Below are positions 48,799 through 56,958 of a stretch of 64,000 bases of DNA, piece after piece. Positions within the stretch are counted from its first letter, which is position 1. Every line of letters starts with the position of its first letter. The position numbers and the translations under genes were made by a program. The stretch is from an uncultured Verrucomicrobiales bacterium (GTDB taxonomy: Bacteria > Verrucomicrobiota > Verrucomicrobiia > Verrucomicrobiales > DEV007), in contig CALKOM010000117.1 in assembly GCA_938091905.1 (NCBI GenBank), positions 11,844 to 75,843 on the forward strand, given 5' to 3'. The notes beneath the pieces are model-generated. The model was given only the letters and a program-made list of their open reading frames with translations. It was not told the DNA's origin and did no database searches.

Positions 48799-50096
48799 AA
48801 CTCTTAGGTTGTCTTGTTAGCACGTTCGCCGTCCTGGCATCGATAGCCCACAGCCAGACCGATGACTATGAACTGGCTCCTATGCTCTATTCTGCCACTC
48901 AAGCGACCGATCCAGTCGCGGCATGGCAGAAACGATTCGAAGAGAAATCTCTCCGTTTCGATCAGTCTAGCGAACGTGCGTTTCTTTCAAGCGTCCTCGA
49001 TGAACTCAAGGTACCGATCGAATCCCAGGTCCTCGTCTATTCCAAGACGAGTCTACAGATCTCACACATCAGTCCGCGTCGCCCTCGTGCTCTCTATTTC
49101 TCAGACGAAGCTTACGTGGGTTGGGTGCAGGGTGGTGACATAGAGATCATCAGCATCGATCCAACGTTGGGCCCCATCTTCTACAAACTCACGATCCCAC
49201 GCCCCAAGAGCACCCACCCACCACGGGTCGTCCGGTCACGCGATTGCCTAGGATGTCACGGAAGCTCCCGTACAAGCAACGTGCCAGGAATGCTCGTGCG
49301 CTCTGTTAGATCAGATATTCGAGGATTTCCTTTACTCGCCACAGGGACATTCCTAACAGAACCCAGCAGCCCGATCAAAGAAAGGTGGGGAGGCTGGTAT
49401 GTCACGGGCACAAATGCGGGTGAACGCCACCTGGGCAATCTTATCTTCAATGAAGAACTTGATCGGAATGAGGCCCGAGTGATCAAAGACATGGGTTCCG
49501 AATTGACTGATCTGAAGGGCGTCATCGACACGAAGGCCTACCTTCAACGCACGAGCGACATCGTGGCCCTGATGGTAATGGAGCACCAAATCGCCGCCCA
49601 CAACGCCTTAACGAAAGCGGCCTTTACCACGCGCAAGATGCTGCATCGCCAACGAGAACTTGCCCGTTATTGGAACGAGCCCAACCGGGCCATGAGCGAG
49701 ACGACGCAGCGTGTGATTGAGAGTCAAGCGACTCAACTTCTCCGCGTCTTTCTCTTCACGGACGAGTTTGAGCTGGAGAGTTGGGGTGTTGAAGGCAACC
49801 AAGCCTTTCAAACAGCCTTTCTAAAACAGGCGAAACTTGATTCGTCGGGCCGCTCCTTGCGCGACTTCCATCTTCTCTCACGTTTATTCAAACATCGCTT
49901 GAGCTACATGGTTTACTCACGGAGTTTCAGGAGCCTACCTAAAGAAATCAAATCCGTCTTTCTGCATAAGCTAGAGCAGATGTTACAGACCCCCAAGGCC
50001 CATGAACTCTCCGAGCATCTGAGCAAGAAAGAAACCGCTCGGATTCAGCACATTCTCCGCGAGTCTAACGTGCTCCCGAATACTCCTTCGACTTAG
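48795..50096 (+). CDS. Exported conserved protein with a single CxxCH (putative c-type heme)
   Basis: Signal peptide, SQVLVYSKTSLQ, CLGCH, ERWGGWYVTG; ATGA overlap with the Rrf2 gene. Confidence 0.78.
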   Translation: MKLLGCLVSTFAVLASIAHSQTDDYELAPMLYSATQATDPVAAWQKRFEEKSLRFDQSSERAFLSSVLDELKVPIESQVLVYSKTSLQISHISPRRPRALYFSDEAYVGWVQGGDIEIISIDPTLGPIFYKLTIPRPKSTHPPRVVRSRDCLGCHGSSRTSNVPGMLVRSVRSDIRGFPLLATGTFLTEPSSPIKERWGGWYVTGTNAGERHLGNLIFNEELDRNEARVIKDMGSELTDLKGVIDTKAYLQRTSDIVALMVMEHQIAAHNALTKAAFTTRKMLHRQRELARYWNEPNRAMSETTQRVIESQATQLLRVFLFTDEFELESWGVEGNQAFQTAFLKQAKLDSSGRSLRDFHLLSRLFKHRLSYMVYSRSFRSLPKEIKSVFLHKLEQMLQTPKAHELSEHLSKKETARIQHILRESNVLPNTPST

Positions 50097-51027
50097 GATA
50101 GAACTGGGACCACGCCTTTCCGAACGACGGTATCGCCGGGATCTCCTTCAGGCGCTCGCCTTTCAGTGCCCCTTTCTCACAGGCACCTTGAAAGTTCCAT
50201 GCAGATCCAGTTTTCCCGTCCATGACCGTTCCATCTTTCCAAACAAATTTGAGCGTTTTCTCGCCAAGTTGACGCGAGAAAGCTCGCCCACCAGTACTTT
50301 CCGAATCAAAGAGAATAACAATCGGAGCATCTTCAAACATGTCATTGACCACACGCTCTTCCTGTAATGTCTCAAACGGATAGGCTTTCGCGGACTTGAT
50401 AGAGCGCAGCCCCAAGACGAATCGTCCTGGAGTCTCCTGAAATGCTTTCACAAACTCCCGCGCCGTTCGGTCGAGACCAAGCACGGTGGTCTTGGGATAG
50501 GCCTTCTTCCATGCAGCCCAAGTCATGATCGTGCCCGGAAGGGTCTGCAAGATTGTCCCTTTGAGTTCGCCGCGCATCGACTCCCCTAACAAATGACTCC
50601 AGAGAGATTCCGTTTCTTTGTCAACCATGACTAAGCTCCGATTCCAAAGCATACCTGAAACGGCAAAGCTCAGTTTCTTTCCTTTCACCTCACGGGCATA
50701 CACGATGCCATTGTGACACAGATGTCACCACGTCGCCGCGATGGCTTGCCCCCCCAACTGATCATTGATGATTTCACGACGCGGTCCTGTGAGCGTATTG
50801 ATCGGATAGGCACGAGCCTCCTTCCCAACGACCACACCGAGAACCAGTTCCTCATTCTTAACCAGAGACCCGTCTGCTTTCTTCAGACTCACCACGTCCG
50901 GCTCGACAATAGCCCGGAAGACTCTTGGAATTACCACTCTTGGGTTAAACTCACGCTCGTCAGCGCCAGCAGCTAGCTGCAAAGCAAGAGGGATGAGGAA
51001 TAAGAGAGCCGTCTGGTTGCACTTCAT
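50065..51027 (-). CDS. DUF3179-family selenoprotein (TGA 50725-50727 read as Sec)
   Basis: ORFs 50725..51027 and 50065..50703 share a frame: ...ARAYP...EIIND..GG..IAATW-U-HLC-HNGIVY...SGMLWNRSLVMVDKETESLWS. U aligns with the first Cys of the family's T[YW]CxxC motif. Confidence 0.85.
50690..50716 (-). promoter_or_regulatory. Putative SECIS element of the DUF3179 gene
   Basis: mRNA UCAC-AAU-GGCAU-[CGUGU]-AUGCC-C-GUGA; the loop starts 20 nt after UGA, with G at loop position 2. Confidence 0.65.
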
Positions 51028-51083
51028 GATGAATAATGGGTTGGTAACAAAGTATACGAATGCCCACCAGCCACAATGATTCC

Positions 51084-52391
51084 ATGAAACGGATCCTAGC
51101 CCTCATCGCCATGACCCTCATAAGCAGCCATGCCCAACGTTGGAAAGTTGGCGAATACTTTCCTGCACTCACCTTGCCGACAATCGACGGAAAGGCTTCT
51201 CCACAAGTGGCTGATTTCCGAGGTAAGAAGCTGATGCTCCATGCGTTCGCCTCCTGGTGAGCGGGTTGTCGCACGCACGTGCCCGGGTGGCACGCTAGGA
51301 CAGAAGCTCTCGTGAAAGACGGTAAGCTGAACGCGCTTGGACTAACACAAGAACAACACTCCTCCCGCACGTCACTCTTCATGCAATGGAAGGACATGAA
51401 GTGGCCCGTCTTATTAGACTCACTCAATTTGCTTGGGTGTAAGGGCATTCCCTTCACTTTGCTTATTGATGAACACGGCGTGGTTCGTTACAATAATCCC
51501 AAGGAAGATGAACTCTCCACTTTCCTCACAACGAGTTATTCTAAACCCGACAACGAAGAAGCGTCGACTCCCTTTCCAAGCAAAGACAGTGCCGAAGGCA
51601 TGCTTCTTTGGGGCGAAAAGTCTCAGATCACTTTGGCGATTGAACAACTAAAGGGGCAATTAGGAGGGGATACAAAGGACGGCCGGCCGCTTTTCCGAAT
51701 CGGTGTGGCCTATCGCATGCGCTATGACTCCGAATATCGGCACGAGGGCGACTTTGAAAACGCTATTTCGTCATGGAAAAGCGCACTGCGCATCGATCCC
51801 GGCCAGTATATCTGGCGTCGCCGGATTCAGCAGTACGGCCCTCGATTGGACAAGCCGTATTCCTTCTATGACTGGGTGCACCAGGCGCGCGAGGAGATCG
51901 TGGCAAGAGGTGACAAGCCGTTCCCGCTAAGTATCGAGCCCACTGGTGCAGAGTTTGCCCTCCCCGAGAATGCGGCCAAGACTGGCGCGCTTGCGGACCA
52001 TCCAGACCCAGACCCAGACCACAAAGTGCCTGCAGACCGTAACGCACTCGTCGGTGTGGAAAGTGTCATTGTCCCATCGACCAAATCGGATAAAGCAGCC
52101 TATCGCATTCATCTGACATTCACTCCAAATGCCCAGCGCAAGGTTCACTGGACAAATGACGCCGGGCCACTCAGTTTTTATCCAGAGGCCACCGATTCCT
52201 ACACAGTAGCTCATTTGGAAACGTCCGAAATACCAGGAAACCTTGATTCCGACGAGACACGCCACGTCGAATTTGAAGTGCGCGGAGAACTGCCAGACAC
52301 GATCCAAGGCAGCGCCTACTTTTACGTCTGCGAGGATGTAAACGGGCAGTGTCTCTTCCTAAGAAACCCTGTGTCCATCAAGTTAAACTAA
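51084..52391 (+). CDS. Exported thioredoxin-like (TlpA/AhpC-type) selenoprotein with TPR-like and C-terminal Cx6C domains (TGA 51258-51260 read as Sec)
   Basis: ORFs 51060..51260 and 51279..52391 share a frame: VGEYFPALTLPTIDG...DFRGKKLMLHAFASW-U-AGC-R...IPFTLLIDEHGVVR. Confidence 0.85.
51278..51294 (+). promoter_or_regulatory. Putative SECIS element of the thioredoxin-like gene
   Basis: CGUGCC-[CGGGU]-GGCACG; the loop starts 23 nt after UGA, with G at loop position 2. Confidence 0.65.
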
Positions 52392-52845
52392 CAGAACGCT
52401 AGATAGGACGATGGCTTGAACACGTCTTCCCCCTGGCGCCACAACTTGAGGCGAAGTGCCATCTTCAGACGCCCCTCTCCGGTCGCGAGATGGCTAAAAA
52501 GCTCACCAGAAGAAGAAAGATTTATGCCCTACATCCAACGGTCATGGAGAGAACAAACGCGGAGGCTCCACGAAGACACCCCACCCTCACTGTGATCAAA
52601 GAAGATGTAGACGCCGTCCGAAGTCATGGCGAACGGTAGAAGACCCACTTCTTCCAGCTAGAAGTTGTCCTTCGGCAAGAAGGCTTAGCCACTCCATGCG
52701 CTCACCGCGCGCTAAATTCTGACCGCCAATCCATTTCTGTAGAAGGGTTCAACAACAACACGCGCCCTCCGAAGACCTCGGTGCTGAATGTCTTGAGCAG
52801 GCGCTTGGGCGAAGCCGGGAACTTTGTGTGAGGTATCCGCTCCAG
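52388..52845 (-). pseudogene. Possible SMI1/KNR4 (SUKH)-like gene remnant
   Basis: Manual translation of the pieces: KFPASPKRLLKTFSTEVFGGRVLLLNP and GLLPFAMTSDGVYIFF...W, interrupted by stops and a frameshift. Confidence 0.35.
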
Positions 52846-53026
52846 GCGATCCCAGGACTCCTCCGTCGCTGGTTCTTACACGTCATCCGCCAAAGACACG
52901 TGTTTACAAAGGTGACTCATATAATCTGCTCCTCGCCGACGCCACGCGGATGCCGTGTGATTGCCACCTGAATGCTCTACAGGCATGCAGCTTTGGGCAA
53001 TCAGCCTTGAAAGTCAACGATTCCAC

Positions 53027-53302
53027 ATGATAACGAACCTCATGCGATTCCTAATACTGTCTGCTGCGTTGCCTGGGGCTCTCACCTTACCCCTCAGCAA
53101 GGCTACAGAAATGAAGGCAGAACTCAACGAGAAGGCAGGCACGTCGAAGTTCTTCCATGAGGGTAAGGCCGAACAAATCTTAAAACAGGGCACAAATACC
53201 AATCCCATTCCTCACATTCACCTAATTATGACTCCCGACGGCGATGGAAAGCTCACGCCGTCTACTCCTGGACATCACAACCCATTGTCATCGGCCACGT
53301 AA
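53027..53302 (+). pseudogene. Truncated PmoA-like/DUF6807 family fragment
   Basis: Signal peptide, then PHIHLIMTPDGDGKLTPSTPGHH, resembling the family's PYIHP...PDG.G.LT...P.HH motif; stops immediately afterwards. Confidence 0.45.
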
Positions 53303-53320
53303 CTCAGCCCCCATTACTAA

Positions 53321-55393
53321 GTGAACCACGCATTTGCTTCCATCCTTTGGATTCTTACACTCTGTCAAAGCACCGCACAAGACACCCTCGAGCCCTACAT
53401 CGTTGAGGGCATTCCTCCGGGTGATGGTGTCCCCAGCCTCGGCTTTCATACAGACACCTTTGCACGTGCTGACTTGGAGCAGCTTCCTGGTTCCACGCTC
53501 AGTGATCAGCTCGCAGGCAAGGGCGGCTTGCGACTCTTTCGCCGACAATCAGTGCTCGCCGCCCACCCGACCACCCAAGGAGCCGCCCTCCGGGTGGCCG
53601 GTCCAAATGGCGCCAGCCGGGCCAATGTCTACCTCGACGGCGTACCTCTCAATGATGCCTTTGGCGGATGGATACCGTGGACGGCCATCAATACCCTTGC
53701 ACTCTCCTCCGCACAAATCGTCCAACCCAGCGGCGTGGATCCATGGGGCAATGCAAGTCTCGGTGGTTCACTATGGTTGCAAAGCGACCGCGAGGAACCT
53801 TACTGGCGATTCGAAGCGATTGGAGGAACCGCTCTTGATCACCGCTTGAGCAATGCCTTCATGCTCAGCCCCAACGATGGCCGCACGCGCATCTTCGGAA
53901 GTTGGTCCAGCTTACAGAGCGACGGCTACCACGTCATCAAGTCAAGCCAGCGCGGCCCCCTCGACGAACACGCTACAGTCACGAGTGATACCGCAAGCCT
54001 CGGCTTGGCACAATCGCTAGGCGGCGATTGGGAGCTGTCAGGCGAAGTCCGCTATCATGAAGAAGACCGAGGCAATGGCACGCCGCTAGCAGAAAACTCC
54101 CAGAAAGCCTGGCAAGCTCGCCTTTCCTTAGGCAAAGGGCGTGGCGCCGACAATTGGGAGGGGCGGTTCAATGCCTTCTGGCAATCCCGCGATTTCTCTA
54201 GCACCTTTACTAGAGTCACTTCTGAGAGAGATTCCGAGCGGCCGGTGCTTGATCAATTTGATGTTCCCTCCTCCAGCCTAGGGCTTAATTGGCGATCTCG
54301 TCATTGGTTAGGCAATAATCATGAGTTTCTCGTTGGCGTCGATGGCCGCCTTCTCGAAGGCGAAACAAACGAGCGGTTTCGTAACCTCGGCTCAGGCTTC
54401 ACCAGACTTCGCCAGGCAGGCGGTGAACGCTGGCTAGCAGGCGCCAGTCTTGCACACCGTTGGCAGACCCACTCGCAGCTTACATTCGATAGCCGAGTGA
54501 GAATCGATCGTAGCTGGGACCGCCACGGTCAGGAGAAGACCTGGGACCTCACTAACGGGAATCCACTTTCCGAGACAGATCACCAATCCTCACAGGACTG
54601 GCAGATCAATGCCAGGATCGGACTTGAATGGGATGCCAGTGAAGCCCAAGCTTTTCATGTGTCGGCCTTCACGGGAACGCGCCGTCCCACACTAAACGAG
54701 CTCTATCGACCGTTTCGAGTCGGCAATGACATTACTCTGGCCAATGCCGCTCTCGATAGTGAGCGACTCTGGGGCACTGCACTGGGATGGACCTGGCGGC
54801 CCTCTGAATCTTTCATCATGCGCCTAGAAGGTTTTTGGCAGCAACTCGATGATGGAATCGCCAATGTAACCTTAGCCGATGGAGGCGGGAACGTGCCCCC
54901 ATGGGGATTCATTCCCGAAGGAGGTAGTGGACGCCAACGCCGTAACCTCTCTGAAGTGACGATCAAAGGGCTCGAAGCAGATATCCATTGGAAGAGTGAT
55001 CATGGTTGGAGTCTCGAAGCAGGCTACCTTCTCACCGATTCGCAAATCCTCAGAAGCCCGGATCAGCCCAACTTAGAAGGCAACACCCTAGCACAAATGC
55101 CCACACACCAAGTATATACTGCAGTCGGCTACGATCAAGGAGACCGCTTCTACGCGCGGGTCGAGGCTCGGTGGACAGATATGGTCTTTGACGATGACCT
55201 CAATACCCGTCCGCTTGATAGTTACGTCATTGTAAACGCACAGGTAGGTTGGCGCTGGACGGATGAGGTAACCACCTTTTTATCGGTTGAGAATCTCTTG
55301 GATGAGGAAGTTGAGGTCAGCCGATCAGGCAACGCTCTCATAGGCATCGGCGCACCTCGCCTCATCCACTTGGGATTGCGCCTTGAGTTCTGA
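53321..55393 (+). CDS. TonB-dependent outer membrane receptor
   Basis: Plug VYLDGVPLND, RRPTLNELYR, VENLLDE, C-terminal GLRLEF. Confidence 0.92.
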   Translation: MNHAFASILWILTLCQSTAQDTLEPYIVEGIPPGDGVPSLGFHTDTFARADLEQLPGSTLSDQLAGKGGLRLFRRQSVLAAHPTTQGAALRVAGPNGASRANVYLDGVPLNDAFGGWIPWTAINTLALSSAQIVQPSGVDPWGNASLGGSLWLQSDREEPYWRFEAIGGTALDHRLSNAFMLSPNDGRTRIFGSWSSLQSDGYHVIKSSQRGPLDEHATVTSDTASLGLAQSLGGDWELSGEVRYHEEDRGNGTPLAENSQKAWQARLSLGKGRGADNWEGRFNAFWQSRDFSSTFTRVTSERDSERPVLDQFDVPSSSLGLNWRSRHWLGNNHEFLVGVDGRLLEGETNERFRNLGSGFTRLRQAGGERWLAGASLAHRWQTHSQLTFDSRVRIDRSWDRHGQEKTWDLTNGNPLSETDHQSSQDWQINARIGLEWDASEAQAFHVSAFTGTRRPTLNELYRPFRVGNDITLANAALDSERLWGTALGWTWRPSESFIMRLEGFWQQLDDGIANVTLADGGGNVPPWGFIPEGGSGRQRRNLSEVTIKGLEADIHWKSDHGWSLEAGYLLTDSQILRSPDQPNLEGNTLAQMPTHQVYTAVGYDQGDRFYARVEARWTDMVFDDDLNTRPLDSYVIVNAQVGWRWTDEVTTFLSVENLLDEEVEVSRSGNALIGIGAPRLIHLGLRLEF

Positions 55394-55409
55394 TCGCTAT
55401 CTTATCAGC

Positions 55410-56372
55410 ATGAAGTTTCGCTCCTTCGCCACTGCCTTACCCCTTTTTATCTTGCTCACCAGTTGCGTAACTACCTTGAGTCCGCCGCTGAGCACGGCCT
55501 CTCCCCAGCAGACGACGGCACCAGCGACCACGACTGACACCGTGCCGAAGACTCAAGCCGTCAAACTAGGCTCCGGAACCATTCGCCCGGTTTACCTTTT
55601 AGGTATCCCGCCAGCAGGCAAGGGATCACCAGGATCAGCTTCGCCCGGCCAGATGCGGCAAGCGATCGCCAAGATCACTTCCAAGAAGCCCAAGCCCGAC
55701 GATAAAAAGATCTTCGCAAGTTACCGCGGGAATGGCTCTCAGAGAGCCAACAACTGGATGAGAAACTTTGATTTCTCTGGTGTATCCTGGGATTCAGCTC
55801 GCACAGCGACACTGATCTCAGATCGGCACGTCATCATGGCTGGACACTATGATAGACCAAAGGGTGCCAGCATCACTTTCCATGATCGCAATGGAAGGCC
55901 GGTGGTGAGAACACTAGCTGCAGTAAAACGGGCACCACCTGGTCCCGGCGGAAGCCCCTATCCCGATGTGACTGTGGGTCGCCTCAACCAGCCGGTTTCA
56001 AACACGGTAACGTTCTATCCGGTCCTCCCAAGTAGCAACTACTCGGAGCTACTGCTCCATCAAGACATGCTCATCACCACCTCAAAAAGAGAGGTTTTCC
56101 GTTTCAACATCCTCAGCGCCTATCACTCAGCAGCGATCGACATCATCCGGTCAGGGAACTCGGTGAAGTTGGATCTAGACCGTGCTTGGGGCGGGGCTCT
56201 TGTAGCTGGAGACTCGGGAAATCCTGGGTTTGTTGCGGTGAATGGTAAGCTTGTATTCGTCTGCACAAACACCTTCGGCGGCCAAGGCTCAAATGGCCCG
56301 TTCTACGGAGGTCCTGTTGTCCAGGGCTTCGTTCTGAATGCCATCAACGATCTCGAAAAACAGTTCAACTAG
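55410..56372 (+). CDS. Lipoprotein with trypsin-like serine protease domain
   Basis: Lipobox LTSC; ATLISDRHVIMAGHY (His), PDVTVGRL (Asp), GDSG (Ser). Confidence 0.72.
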   Translation: MKFRSFATALPLFILLTSCVTTLSPPLSTASPQQTTAPATTTDTVPKTQAVKLGSGTIRPVYLLGIPPAGKGSPGSASPGQMRQAIAKITSKKPKPDDKKIFASYRGNGSQRANNWMRNFDFSGVSWDSARTATLISDRHVIMAGHYDRPKGASITFHDRNGRPVVRTLAAVKRAPPGPGGSPYPDVTVGRLNQPVSNTVTFYPVLPSSNYSELLLHQDMLITTSKREVFRFNILSAYHSAAIDIIRSGNSVKLDLDRAWGGALVAGDSGNPGFVAVNGKLVFVCTNTFGGQGSNGPFYGGPVVQGFVLNAINDLEKQFN

Positions 56373-56958
56373 CTTTGAGATCCGAATGCACGATAGATGA
56401 GAAAGGCAGCTTGCATCGGACCAATAACGACGCTGCTCCCGCAGTATACTGAGCGCCAGACCGCTCCTGAGAAACAAGGCTTCCGGAGTTGCCTCGGGGC
56501 AAAGGCACTCTCAGCTTCGCCAAACCCAAGATGTAGGGCGAGCCCGCAGCTGAGAGCCATTACCTCATTGCGAGCGTCTTCTCGCTTAACAACGTTCGCC
56601 GTGAGTTGGGGCACCATGTTTTGCCTGGTGGCCGACGGCCGCCCGCTAACTTCAAACTCGATAAGACCGGCGCGTTTTTACGTTTCCATACGCAAGCTTC
56701 CGCAGCGCCTTGGCCATTTGCTCCTTAGCCGACAGCAACATCTGAGATACCAGGGTTATGGACTCGTCTAAACACCGCATTAAACGAAATTAACAAAAAT
56801 ACTATTATCTCTGGATGGTATAGTCATACCGAATTCTAGCAATTACGTTCTATCTGACTGGCGCCACCTCATCTGAAGGCCCGCTGCCACGATCCGGTTT
56901 GACTTTGGCAAAGCTGAAGACCATCAATGTGTACCAGCGCTGAGCGCGGGAAGTCCTC

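Noticed and set aside
56373..56770. Short ORFs or a gene remnant between the protease and the fusion gene
   Set aside because: No recognisable motif in any frame.
56850..56958. ZMP/ZTP (pfl) riboswitch upstream of the glyA fusion
   Set aside because: TGACTGGCG is present, but I could not find the downstream CGCCTGGG pseudoknot partner or the flanking stems.
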